Of a stretch of 64,000 nt of DNA, positions 38,893-49,650 are shown piece after piece. The translations under genes were made by a program, and so were the position numbers. The DNA is from Candidatus Krumholzibacteriota bacterium (GTDB lineage: Bacteria > Krumholzibacteriota > Krumholzibacteriia > JAJRXK01), in NCBI GenBank assembly GCA_963764625.1, contig CAVXTH010000001.1:146681-210680 (forward strand), in the 5' to 3' direction. The notes beneath the pieces were generated by a model. The model searched no databases. It was given only the letters and a program-made list of their open reading frames with translations, and had not been told where the DNA came from. The first letter of the stretch is position 1. Each line of letters starts with the position of its first letter.

Positions 38893-41347
38893 TCATCTAC
38901 TGGCGGGAATGCGGCGGTAGAACTCGATGCCACTTCCGACTCCACCTCCCATGCGTTCCAAGCGGGTGAAGGGGGCACCGGGCTCTTGGAGCCAGGGCCT
39001 CAGATCGGTTTCCTTCCCTTCGAGCAGGTCCCGAACCGGGGTCTGGCCGACCGCGACCACGTCGATCCTCTTCTCCTGAAGTTCCTTCAGCCACGCTTCC
39101 TCTGTGCAGGCCCGGCAGGAGACGTCTTCGACGTGGCGTATGAGCTCGCGTCCGTAGAAAGGATAGCGCAGTTGCGTCATGGCCACGCCCACCACTTCGT
39201 CTTTCGACGCTTCGAGCGTGTGGAGGTAGGGAAGGTCGTAAACCTCGCGCCGGTGGAGCTCCCGGAACTCGCGCGCGCTGTGAGTCCACAGACAGAGCAG
39301 CACTGCCACGAGGAGAAGCGAGGGCACCACGGTCGTTGGCCCCCTGCGCAGCTTCCAGGCGGCGAGTACGAACGCGGTGAAGAGGACGAGCTCGATCAGC
39401 TGCACGCGAGGAAGCGCTACTCGCAGAGCCACCGACCACGCACACAGAACCACGCTGAGACCCACCAAGAGGGCGCGGGGCATGCGCAGAATGCGCCAGC
39501 CGACAGCCCCGAGAACCGCGGCCATGGCCAGCTTCGGCAGGGCAAAGCGCATGGCCTGTCCGGACCACAGGCTATATTTCCAGGCGTGCGTCCCGTTGTC
39601 TCCGCTGAACGGGGTGAATCCGAAGAGCAGTCCACCGGCGGCGATGGCGCAGAGGAGCAAGAGGGTGGCCGCAAGGCGACGGTCGCCACGTCGTACGCGC
39701 GTTAAGGCCGCCACCGCACCGACGAGAAGTGCGAACATTGGGATCCCGAGCCACTGGCGGGCGTTTGCGAATGCAAGAGTCCAGTCGTGCCGGGAGAAAG
39801 GCTGAAAGACGGCGAAGAGATTGGTGCGAGCGAGATTCGTGCCGCTCAATTCACCGGGAAAGATCATGTGACCGAAGGCTCTCACCTCCAAGAGCCCGAG
39901 GGGATTTCCCAGTTCGATGAAATTCCGCAGGTACCAGAACGACGCCAGGGCGCACGCCGCCACCAGAGCTCCCCAGGTCGCAGCGCGCGATCTAGAGGAC
40001 AAACTCTCTTGAGGTCTTTTGGCCATCCCGGCCGACCCTCTTCCAAATCCAAACCAGGAGGAGCACAACTAGTACGTAGGCCGGTCCCGTGGCCTTCAAG
40101 CCGCACATGATTCCCAGGGACAGAAAGAAGAGACCGGTTTTCCTCGAGCGGCCGGTCGAGTCCAGAAAGCCGCCCAGAACCAGTGCGGCGGTGAAGAACG
40201 CGGCCAAGGGCAGGTCGGACTTGATTTCCTCGGTCTGCATGAGCACCAGGGGCAAAGAGAGCAAGAGAAGCGCGCTCGCGGCCGCATCCACCGCCGTGGC
40301 CTGGACGCGCCGCGCCAGCGCGTACACCGAAACTCCGAGCAGTGCAAAGGCTCCGACCGCGGGGGCGCCGAAGAGAAAATCTTCCCGGAAGGGAAAGTAG
40401 CCCAGCAGACTCAGCAATTCCCAGTGCAAGGGATAATGGCTGGTCTGTCCCAACCAGGGGAGCGCCGCGATTCCCTTCCGCTGGATCCACTGCGCCATCA
40501 AGGGCAAGTGGTAGGCGAGACCATCCCAGTCGGTCATGGGAATCAGCAGGGTCTTGGCCAAGACAGACAGAACCAAGATGAGGGCCACGCCCGCAAGGAG
40601 GAACTCCCATGAATCCGCGACGGCGGGAACGAGCCGGAGCAGTGGGCGTTGTGCCCTCCACCAGAGGGAGAAGCCGAAGCACAAGAGCAGCGCTTGGAGA
40701 ACGAAAAAGAGCTGGGGACCCAACCCGTGAAGACTCGAGAGCACGAAGGCCGACGAGAGTTGAATCGCCGTCCAGGAACAGAGGAGCGCCACCCACGACT
40801 CGGCCCAAAAGGAAGAGCGATCGAGCAAGGCGAAGAGAAGTGGCAGCGACGCGAGCAGCCACAGCAGGGTGAGCGCCAGACCCAAGAGATGTGAACCCCA
40901 GGAGAAAACGGCCGACCTCGTTTCCCCGTCGTTCACTTCGGAAGTGTCATCACCACCGAGCATGTGGCCCTGTTTCCAGGCGATCGTATTGCTCGATCCG
41001 TCGGGACCAAAGTAGCGCCAGATGCCGTCCATCTTGCCGTTGCGGTAGTACCCTTCCTTCAGCAAGTCCCCGTTCTCGTTCCATTCCTTCCAACGCCCGC
41101 TACGTACTCCATGTCGATACTGACCTTGAAGCTGGGCTTGGCCGCGGGGAAAGAAGGCCTCGTAAGCGCCGTCGCTTTCGATGCGGCCATCTGGATAGCG
41201 GAGCGCCTGGCTCGAGGTGCGCGTGTTTCCGTTGGGCCATCGGCTGACCTGAACCCCCTGCTTCGCGCGCAAATCGTTTCCGTAGGCGACCGCGAGGAAC
41301 AGGAGTACGAGCAAGAGGATGGACCGGACGATGGCGGAGCTTTTCAT
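38893..41347 (-). CDS. Polytopic membrane protein: N-terminal MORN-variant (YwqK-like) repeats fused to a GT-C (ArnT/PMT-like) domain (frameshift between 39995 and 40050)
   Basis: GQYRHGVRSGRWKEWNENG..EGYYRNGKMDGIWRYFGPDG repeats; DWDGLAYHLP, YPLHWE, CGLKATG and WYLRNFIELGNP; more than 12 TM. Confidence 0.65.
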
Positions 41348-41503
41348 GGGAACTCCCGTGCTTCCTCGTGGCGCCTCATGAGTCCGCGCGGTCCCCTTGG
41401 AACCCGAGCGGCACGACGGCCCATTTTATGATAGTATTTCCTTCACCTCAAACGCACTCCCACGCCGGTCTCGGAAATCCACCGGTGGAAAGGAAAGGAC
41501 GAT

Positions 41504-41953
41504 ATGCCCACAGTCGCCATGCGCTCGAGGCCTAGGCTTTTGGCCGTGTGTCTCCCCCTCCTCGCCGTCGCCGCCATCATCGCGACACTTCCCGACGCTT
41601 CGCACATTCTAGCCTCTCTCGACGGTCGCCAGGGCGTAACCCCCTACGGCGCGGCCGCGATGCGCGCGAGTATCGATCCGGAAACGGGAATGCTCTCGGT
41701 CAATCCAACCCCTCCCGAGCCTTCCAAGATGCTCGAGACTGCTCTCAGTCGCTCGAGCGAGGGACTCGTGCGAGAGACGATGCCCAACGGTACGGTGCGC
41801 CTGAATCTCCAAGGGAGATTCATGAACGCCAGCGTCGCCCATCTCGACGCACAGGGCCACGTGCAGACTTCATGCACCGAGGACCTCGATCAAGCCGAGT
41901 GTTTCCTCGAAGGAACTTCGCCTCAGGCCAGCCGCAAAGCGGAGGTGAAGTGA
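41504..41953 (+). CDS. Small secreted protein preceding the PA-domain peptidase (post-PEP-CTERM-1-like)
   Basis: Signal peptide; IDPETG..SSEGL..NG.V.LNLQGRFMN.SVA..D..G...C pattern; strong RBS. Confidence 0.6.
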   Translation: MPTVAMRSRPRLLAVCLPLLAVAAIIATLPDASHILASLDGRQGVTPYGAAAMRASIDPETGMLSVNPTPPEPSKMLETALSRSSEGLVRETMPNGTVRLNLQGRFMNASVAHLDAQGHVQTSCTEDLDQAECFLEGTSPQASRKAEVK

Positions 41954-41954
41954 A

Positions 41955-43652
41955 ATGAAGCGCATGTTCGTTCTGGCACTTCTGGCTCTCTTCCTCGTGG
42001 CCAACGCCGAAGCCGCCACCATCATCATCATCAACGGCGATGCTGCCGGTGAAGGATTCAACGATCCCACGGCCGCTACGCCGGTGGGAGGAAACGCCGG
42101 GACCACCATCGGTCAACAGCGTTTGAACGTCTTCCAGCACGCGGCGGACATCTGGGGATCGATTCTCCCTTCGAATGTGACCATTCGCGTGCACTCGAAC
42201 TTCGATCCTCTTACCTGCAACGCGAGTAGCGCGGTCTTGGGCGCCGCGGGACCCCGAACATCTATGCGAATTTCCCCAATGCGGAATTTTCTTTCACCTG
42301 GTACCACCCCGCGCTGGCCAGCAAGCTCGCCAATCTTGATGTGGACTCCGGGCAACGACGACATCGTTGCCCAATTCAACAGTTCGGTCGACAACAACAA
42401 CAACTGCTTGAGCGGGACCAACTGGTACTACGGCTTCGACGGCAACGAGGGCAGTGACGTCGAGCTTTTGACCGTGATTCTGCACGAACTCGGACACGGG
42501 CTCGGCTTCTCCGAATTCGTCGACCACACCACGGGGCAGTGGGCGAGCGGGTATCCGGACCTCTTCAGCCGATTTCCTCTTCGACGAGACGCAGCAACTG
42601 ACCTGGCTCCAGATGACCGACGCGCAACGCGCGGCCTCGGCTATCAACACCGGCAATCTGGACTGGAACGGGGATGCTGTCACCTTCATCGCTCCATACT
42701 ACCTGCAGTCACCCATCGTCGTGCAGGTGACCACGCCTCCGGCCATCGCGGGTACCTTCACGGAGATCGGGGCCGCGCTCTTCGGTCCGCAGATTTCGAG
42801 TTCCTATTCGGTGACCGGAGAGGTGGTGCTCGCCGACGACGGAGTGGGAACCAGCAGCGATGCGTGTTCGGGGCTCGTCAATGGCGCCGCCATCTCGGGC
42901 AAGATCGCACTCATCGACCGAGGGACCTGTGCGTTCACGGATAAGGCGCTCAATGCGCAAGCGGCGGGTGCGATCGGAGTGCTCATCGTCAACAACACTT
43001 CCCCGGGCGTCATCAGCATGTCAGGGTCCGCTCCGGGGCTGACGATTCCCGCGCTGATGCTCACTCTCGCGGATGGGAACTCCATCAAGACTCAGCTCGG
43101 AATGGCGCAGACCGTGAATGCTTCCATGACGGTCGACTCCTCTTCTCTGTCGGGAACCTATCCGGGAAACGGCCGTGTCCTGGTCTACACCCCGAACCCG
43201 CTGGAGCCCGGGTTCTTCGGTTTCGCACTGGGACGTCAGCGCGACACCCAACCTCCTCATGGAGCCCGCCATCAACAGCGATCTGCATGACAACGTCGAT
43301 CTGACCCGTTACGCGTTCGAGGACATCGGCTGGTTCGACGTACGCGCGTACCGCGAGCCCTAGCATTCCGGCCGCGCGCACTCAGCTGGAGGGGAACGTC
43401 CCGAATCCCTTCAACCCGTCCACCAGCATTCGCTTCACTCTGGCCCGCCGCGGCGAAGTCAGTCTGAAAATCTACGACGACTCCGGACGTCTGGTGAAGA
43501 ATCTCTATCAGGGATTCCTCGATGCCGGTCCGCAGTCGGTGAAGTGGAACGGCCGCGACGATGCGGGGCAAACCGTCGCCTCGGGCATCTACCACTACAC
43601 CTTCAAGACCGGCGACCACTCCGAGAGCGGGAGAATGGTCCTCTTGAAGTAG
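41955..43652 (+). CDS. Secreted zinc metallopeptidase with PA domain and C-terminal FlgD-Ig/sorting domain (about 5 frameshifts)
   Basis: Signal peptide; HELGHGLGF; PA domain GKIALIDRGTCAFTDKALNAQAAGA; GSSVSHWD..NLLMEP; final frame GNVPNPFNPSTSIRF..IYDDSGRLV..WNGRDDAGQTVASGIY..MVLLK* (TAG at 43650-43652). Confidence 0.8.
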
Positions 43653-43678
43653 ACGAAGACGCGCGGAGGCGGAGTCTC

Positions 43679-45379
43679 TCATTCGCCTCCGCGCGCGTTC
43701 TCTGCTTGTTTCAACTCCGCCACCAGTTGCATCAGGGCCTTCGCGTCGGCGCGTAGTTTCATGGAATAACGCGCCCCTCCGACCATTCCAGCGTAGCGGA
43801 TCTCCACCGGAGGTTCGGCCTTGATCTCTATGTCCTCTTTCCCTTCCATCACCGAGTAGATCTGCAGCAGCTCACGAGCCAGTGCGCGAAGTTCGATGCG
43901 CGACATCACCTGCACTCCACTCCCGGCCCAGGACTGCAAACTCTCCAGTCTTGCCGGTTTTGTGCCTCCTTCGCCCGCAAAGCGCTTCAGCACTTCGTCC
44001 AGCTCCGGTCCGTCATCGAGCAGACAGAGGAGAAGGCGGTTTCCGCGTGCAACCAGATGGAGCCGGGGCAGGAGATGCTCGGCAAAGTTGGCGGTTGCCG
44101 CGAGCTCCTCGGAAGAAGGGGCGGCCGTGGTGGAGTCGCCGAGCACCGTCTCCAATCGGTTCGGGTCGATCTCCCAGCTGTAGTCGCGGCGCACGACGCC
44201 GTCCTTCAGGGTCGCCTGCGCGCTCGGAGTATCGAGCTTCACCAGCTGCACGCCCAGGTTTGTCTCGGGAAGACTCATCAAGAGAGCATCGAGCTCGCGG
44301 AGAACCGTGCCGGCGTCTTCCACCTCAGCGACCTGCACGCACTGCAGCGAGCCATCGTGGAGACGCGCCGCGCTAGCCGAGATACCCTGGAGGGAGCGCA
44401 GCTTTTCGCTGGCAGCCTTCAACCAGGCGCGCGCCGTCTCGCGTTCACCCTCGGGGAGGTTTTCCGCGAACTTGGAGTCACCCATCTCGCTGAGAACCGG
44501 CAGGTTCTGGTAGAGAAGCGAAAGGTCGGTGGCGTTGATCGCGATCATCTCGCCGTAATCGGGCAAGTACGAGGCTAACCGAAGCGCATCTTCCAGTGGC
44601 GGCTGGGGACCGGCATCCAGAACCGAGCGGGCGTTGATGTCCAGGGCGAGCGAGAGCTCGAACGATCCCTCGTCCTCTCCCAGAGAAAACTCCAGACTCC
44701 GCGCGGAATTCATGAGTGCGGTCGCGAGCTGATAGGCCGCTTCCGGTGGCGCGGTGCCGCCGGGAGCGTTCGCCGATTTCTGCTGCATCGATTGCATCAT
44801 CATTTCGATCATCGGACGCGTGATGGCGAAGATCGTCTCCAGATCGACGCGACCTACCAACTCCCCGCCGGCGAGATTCGAAAGGAGCGCCGGCACCTGT
44901 CCGCTTCCGTGAAAGTCCTGGATCGAAGAGAGCGCCAGGTAGTCTCCCTGGATTTGGGCCGAAGCGAATCCGCTCGCCATGGCCAGGGTTTCGGCGTCGC
45001 TTGTGCCCTGAACTATGGGGACTAGGAGAGTCACCAGCGGTTCCGGCGCGCCGTAGCTCAAGTCGAGGGTGGCGACGAGGACCATCGGACGCGCCCTATC
45101 AATCACGTCCTTGATGCGCCCCAGGCCTTTGGGGAAGAAATCCAGGACATCCATTCCGGAGGAGGAATCGGCCCCCTGGAAGCTCGCGGTCACGCTCGAG
45201 ACGGTCCGGGCAACCGCGTCCAGAGAGGAGAGATACACCACCGCAACCGGGTTTTCCGGCAAGAGCATCAGGGCTTGGTTGGGGATCTGCGCCGGCGGGT
45301 TCGCCGCCAGCGAGGCGCCGCCGACAAGCAGGAGTACCGCCAGAGTGAGGAGGAGAGTGGCTCGAATCGAAGCGGACAT
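43679..45379 (-). CDS. Hypothetical secreted protein
   Basis: Long ORF, RBS AGGAG before MSASIRAT, signal peptide; no family recognised. Confidence 0.65.
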   Translation of the reverse strand: MSASIRATLLLTLAVLLLVGGASLAANPPAQIPNQALMLLPENPVAVVYLSSLDAVARTVSSVTASFQGADSSSGMDVLDFFPKGLGRIKDVIDRARPMVLVATLDLSYGAPEPLVTLLVPIVQGTSDAETLAMASGFASAQIQGDYLALSSIQDFHGSGQVPALLSNLAGGELVGRVDLETIFAITRPMIEMMMQSMQQKSANAPGGTAPPEAAYQLATALMNSARSLEFSLGEDEGSFELSLALDINARSVLDAGPQPPLEDALRLASYLPDYGEMIAINATDLSLLYQNLPVLSEMGDSKFAENLPEGERETARAWLKAASEKLRSLQGISASAARLHDGSLQCVQVAEVEDAGTVLRELDALLMSLPETNLGVQLVKLDTPSAQATLKDGVVRRDYSWEIDPNRLETVLGDSTTAAPSSEELAATANFAEHLLPRLHLVARGNRLLLCLLDDGPELDEVLKRFAGEGGTKPARLESLQSWAGSGVQVMSRIELRALARELLQIYSVMEGKEDIEIKAEPPVEIRYAGMVGGARYSMKLRADAKALMQLVAELKQAENARGGE

Positions 45380-45503
45380 GAGGGCTCCTGGGCCAAAGGA
45401 CAAGAGGGACTTGGGGGCGAGTTTCCCGTTTCGGCCGGCATCTGGCAAGCGAAGGGTAGAGAAAGGGCCGCTCGGGTGTATCTTGGAAGCCGGAGGAAGG
45501 AGA

Positions 45504-47324
45504 ATGTGCAGCCGGAATTCCACTCTGCGGCGAATCGTACGCAGGAGCTGGCAAGGCCTGCGCCGCCTGGGAAGATCAGGGCCCGGGCGTCTGGTCTACC
45601 ATCCGCGCTATGACGACCTTCCGCCCCTGATTCCCGTGATCGATCCGCACCGGGCGCGCAACATCCTGTCCTCTCTGAGCGCTGAAGGTCTGATTTCGTC
45701 GCGGGAGCTGCTGCGGCCGCGCGCGGTTTCCATGCAACGACTGCGGCGAGTCCACTCGGACGAGTATCTGCGGTCTCTGGATACTTCCGAGAGCATGGCC
45801 GCCGTCTTCGGTTACGAGATTCCCCTGGAACATCACGATGAAGTCCTCGCCGTTCACCGTCGCATGGTGGGCGGCACGCTTCTCGCGCTGAATCACGCGC
45901 TCGAAACCGGCAAGACGGTGATGAATCTGGGCGGCGGATTTCATCATGCCAAAAGAGAGCGCGGAGCCGGGTTCTGCATCTTCAACGATCTCGCGCTGGC
46001 CGTCGATCTGGCCCGAGAGAAGGGGGTGCAGGGCAAGATCCTCATCGTGGACCTCGACCTCCACGACGGAGACGGTACGCGTTCGTTCTTCGCGCAGGAC
46101 GAAAGTGTGCACACCTACTCCGTCCACAATCGCGAGCTGGACGACACTCCGGCAATCGCCTCTACCAACATCGCTCTGGGAGAGCCAGTGGAGGACGAAG
46201 AGTACTTGCACGCGATCGTGAGCAGTCTACCCGCGCTCGCGCGTGAACTTCGCCCCTCGTTGGTGATTTACCTGGCTGGCTGCGACCCCGCCACCGGTGA
46301 CAAGCTCGGTACGTGGAACATCAGCAGCGACGGAATGCTGCGTCGCGACCGCGGCGTGATTGAAATGATGCGAGCTCTGGATCCTCCGCCGCCGATGGTG
46401 GTCCTCCTGGGCGGAGGCTATGGCCAAGGGGCCTGGCGTTACACCGCCCGCTTCGCCTCGTGGCTCGCCGGCGGCGACGGCGTCATTCACTCCACCCCTG
46501 CTTCGGCGCGCGCGATGGCGCGCTACCAGAGAATGGCCAAAAGGGTTCCGGACGGAGCGCGCTCGGAACGAAAGGGCTCCGGTTTGGGCTTCGCCCTGAG
46601 GCCAGGCGATCTGCCGGGAAGCATGCGGGGCAGTTCTTCTCTGTTCCTGGGACGTTACAGCCGGCACGCGGTGGAGTTGGGAGCCGAACGCTTCGGATTG
46701 CTCGAAGCTCTGCGCCGCCGGGGCTTCACCCAGCTCCGCTTCGATTTCGAGCTGCAGAACCCGTCCGGGGAAACGATTCGGCTCTTGGTGGGGGAGGACC
46801 ACCAGGTCCTGCTGGAGCTTCGCCTGCGCATCGACCAGGCGGCCCTCGCCGGCGAGAGATTGCTTCGAATCGAATGGCTCTTGATCCAGGACCCCCGGCG
46901 GCACTTCACGAGTGACCGTCCCGCGCTGCCCGGGCAGAGCCATCCCGGCCTGGGCCTCTTGCGCGACATCGTTTCCCTTTTGGGTTTGATCTGCGGCGAT
47001 CTCGAACTCGACGGAGTGGTCTTCGCGCCCGCCTATTACCACATCGCCGCGCAAACCGAGAGGCTGTTTCATTTCCTCGATCCAGAGGAGGAAGCGCGCT
47101 TTCTGGATCTGCGAGAGGCCCTGAAAGGGAAGTCCCTTCAAGAAGCGGCGGCCGCGATCGAGAACGGACGGATCGTGGACACCAACACAAAAGAGGTCGT
47201 TCGCTGGGAACCGCGGCCGATGCTCTTGGCGCTCAGCCACAAACTGCGTCGCCGTCTGGAACGGGAGCACTTCAACCGCCGCGTCACCACAGCCCGGCAG
47301 CCGGGCCGTTTCACCGTGGTTTGA
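45504..47324 (+). CDS. Histone deacetylase-family (Zn-dependent deacylase) protein with C-terminal extension
   Basis: VHSDEYL, GGFHHAK..GFCIFND, DLDLHDGDGT, GCDP..GDKLG and GGGY. Confidence 0.88.
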   Translation: MCSRNSTLRRIVRRSWQGLRRLGRSGPGRLVYHPRYDDLPPLIPVIDPHRARNILSSLSAEGLISSRELLRPRAVSMQRLRRVHSDEYLRSLDTSESMAAVFGYEIPLEHHDEVLAVHRRMVGGTLLALNHALETGKTVMNLGGGFHHAKRERGAGFCIFNDLALAVDLAREKGVQGKILIVDLDLHDGDGTRSFFAQDESVHTYSVHNRELDDTPAIASTNIALGEPVEDEEYLHAIVSSLPALARELRPSLVIYLAGCDPATGDKLGTWNISSDGMLRRDRGVIEMMRALDPPPPMVVLLGGGYGQGAWRYTARFASWLAGGDGVIHSTPASARAMARYQRMAKRVPDGARSERKGSGLGFALRPGDLPGSMRGSSSLFLGRYSRHAVELGAERFGLLEALRRRGFTQLRFDFELQNPSGETIRLLVGEDHQVLLELRLRIDQAALAGERLLRIEWLLIQDPRRHFTSDRPALPGQSHPGLGLLRDIVSLLGLICGDLELDGVVFAPAYYHIAAQTERLFHFLDPEEEARFLDLREALKGKSLQEAAAAIENGRIVDTNTKEVVRWEPRPMLLALSHKLRRRLEREHFNRRVTTARQPGRFTVV

Positions 47325-47333
47325 CTTGGTGCG

Positions 47334-47774
47334 TCAGTTCAGTTTGCGCAGCTCGAGCTCGTGGTGGCGGCTGTGATCCAGGTCGCGTTGCTCGAGACGC
47401 AGGTAGCCATCGTCTCCGGCATCGATCTGAAAGCGACCCGAGAGAATCAGACTCCAATCGAAATCCGCCGTGTGGCGGGCGGTATCCTCGAGCTCGAGCA
47501 TGTCTCCGTTGACGGTGTAGTTTCCCGATCCCTCGGGGGGGAGATCGATCTGGTCGCCTTTGATTTCGTAGTGGCCGCCCTCGAAGGTCATGGTGACTTC
47601 GCCCGATTCGCGTGACTGCTCGCTGCTCCCGTCGTTGAGGGTGATCGAGTAGGTGCCACGGTAGCTTCCCTGCAGCTGAATCGGCGTGGTGTCCTGGGTA
47701 GCCGGGGGCGGGACCGCGCAGCCGAGGAAAAGCACCGCCGCGAGCAGAAGCGTCACCACCGTCGAGATCCGCAT
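47334..47774 (-). CDS. Hypothetical beta-rich lipoprotein
   Basis: Lipobox FLGC; lipocalin-like beta-strand pattern. Confidence 0.6.
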   Translation of the reverse strand: MRISTVVTLLLAAVLFLGCAVPPPATQDTTPIQLQGSYRGTYSITLNDGSSEQSRESGEVTMTFEGGHYEIKGDQIDLPPEGSGNYTVNGDMLELEDTARHTADFDWSLILSGRFQIDAGDDGYLRLEQRDLDHSRHHELELRKLN

Positions 47775-47944
47775 GAGAGACCGCCCCCCGGTAAAAGTGT
47801 GTTCGGCGCGCGCGGGCTCTGCCGCGCCCTGGTCGTCCTGTGAGCCTAGCATGGAAGTCAAAAAGCGGGCAGCGGTCCCTCCGGACCGCTGCCCTGTTCC
47901 TCGTCGTCTCACCCGCGGTGGCAAGAGCACCGGCTCGCTCTGGC

Positions 47945-48433
47945 TCAGTCGAGGCGCAGGGCGAGGTTTTGGGCTATCACGAGCTGGCGACGGCTGATCC
48001 TCAGCTCGAACGCAATCTGAGCCCAGCTCTGGCCCGTGCGTCGCAGCTGCACGATCTCATGCCGACTGTGTCCACTGAGGCGACTCAGGCGCCGGGCGAT
48101 CTGGCGATCCTGCCGCGAGAGCGCGAATCCGGCTCCGTGGTGCTGGTGCCCGGGGGCACCGATCGCGCCGGTGCAGCGCACCGTGACGACGCCCTGCGGA
48201 GACCGTTGCGCCCGCACCACCCGAACGCCAGCGCGCCGCGTGAGCAGCACTTTGGCCTGGACTCTCGGCCCCGTCTTGAGGTGAACGGAGAGTTGCGGGG
48301 TCGAAACCCCCATGCTGAGTGCCACCCGCGCCTGCGCGCTTTGCAGCATTCCCGACAGCCCCAGCAGCGCGAACGCGAGCGTCAGAGTGAGGATCATACG
48401 TCGTGGATTGAGTGTCTTCACCAAGGTCTTCAT
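47945..48433 (-). CDS. Hypothetical secreted Arg-rich protein
   Basis: RBS AGGAGG, signal peptide ending AQA; C-terminal GQSWAQIA..L.I helical motif. Confidence 0.6.
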   Translation of the reverse strand: MKTLVKTLNPRRMILTLTLAFALLGLSGMLQSAQARVALSMGVSTPQLSVHLKTGPRVQAKVLLTRRAGVRVVRAQRSPQGVVTVRCTGAIGAPGHQHHGAGFALSRQDRQIARRLSRLSGHSRHEIVQLRRTGQSWAQIAFELRISRRQLVIAQNLALRLD

Positions 48434-48666
48434 CGCCATCCTCCTTGCCAAGAGCCGCGCGGCTCCTCCACCTCCCCCGGATCCACCCCTGCCTGGACCG
48501 CGCTCATGCCCCTTCCCAAGGCGAGGATCGTACCAGGAGTCAAAATTTTGTAAGTCGTTTATCTACAACGAATATGAAGGAAGGCAGTGTACCTGGTCGT
48601 ACAGATGTGCCGGGGTGTGGTCTCTGGAGGAGAGAAATCTGTCTCTTGCAGGGGACAGTCAGGTCG

Positions 48667-49650
48667 CTAGACCGCGACCTCCACGATCTGAAGCCCGCGC
48701 TCCACGAGCCACTGCGCGACCGCGTGCACCGACTCCTTCACCCCCGCCGTCACCACGGGGGCGCCAAACCCGGTGAGCGCCACGTAGATTCCCGATTCGC
48801 TGGGCCGCGCCTCCACCAGCACCTCCTGGCGAAGATCCTCCTCGTGGACCAGGCAGAGAAAGACGAGCGCCTTCTGATCCAGGCTTCGGTAGCAGTTGCG
48901 CAGAATCACCCGTCCGTCCCGAAACGGATGCACCGATTTCTCGAAGGCTCCGATTCCCTTCAAGTCTCCTCGAAGACGGATGTGTTGCATGGTCACGACC
49001 TCGACCGTACGGGGGTGGGGTTCTGAGTCTTCACGCGCCTTGGCGAAGACGGCATGGAAGATGGGTTTGCGCATGCCGAGCCAGCGCTGGGCGTACTTGG
49101 TGCGCAGCATTTCCGGGCTCGGGGCGCCTTCGCGAATCGAATAGAGCCCGGTGGCCTGGCCCTCCTGCAGCGCGAAGTGGAAGTACTCTTCGTGATCGGT
49201 GGTGAAGAGTAGGGCGCCGTCGTCTTGGAGGCGTGTCGAGAGAAGACGCAGGAACGGCTGCTGCATCAGGCGCCGATCCTGGTGCTTTTCCCTGGGCCAG
49301 GGGTCGGGGAAGTTCACGAACACTCTGTGCAACGACCGGGGCGGGCACAGCTCACGCACCGCGAATTTCCCTGCCCGCGAAAGACCTTGAAGTGAGCGAG
49401 GCCCTGCGCGCCGCGCGCGGGCGTAGCCGCGCGTCACCGAAGCCGGCGCCATCTCCACGCCCAAAAGATTCCACTCGGGATGGAGCACCGACAACTCCTG
49501 CAAGAACTGGCCATTGCCGAATCCGATCTCCAGGACCAGAGGGCCGCTGCTGCCGAAGATGGCGCTCGGATCGGCGGGCCATTGCAGCTCGCCCAGGCGC
49601 AGTAAGTTCTGACTCATCGATTCGGAGTGCTCTCTCGCCAGAGAAATCAA
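48667..49650 (-). CDS. trmB: tRNA (guanine46-N7)-methyltransferase with C-terminal extension
   Basis: LEIGFGNG, NFPDPWPREKH..RRL, TTDHEEY and TKY. Likely compensating indel pair near 49368-49400. Confidence 0.9.
   Translation of the reverse strand: MISLAREHSESMSQNLLRLGELQWPADPSAIFGSSGPLVLEIGFGNGQFLQELSVLHPEWNLLGVEMAPASVTRGYARARRAGPRSLQGLSRAGKFAVRELCPPRSLHRVFVNFPDPWPREKHQDRRLMQQPFLRLLSTRLQDDGALLFTTDHEEYFHFALQEGQATGLYSIREGAPSPEMLRTKYAQRWLGMRKPIFHAVFAKAREDSEPHPRTVEVVTMQHIRLRGDLKGIGAFEKSVHPFRDGRVILRNCYRSLDQKALVFLCLVHEEDLRQEVLVEARPSESGIYVALTGFGAPVVTAGVKESVHAVAQWLVERGLQIVEVAV

Noticed and set aside
26062-49650. RNA-modification island (rlmH, YhhQ-like, TrmJ-like, TrmH-like, trmB)
   Set aside because: The genes are dispersed among unrelated genes and different transcription units, consistent with ordinary core chromosome.
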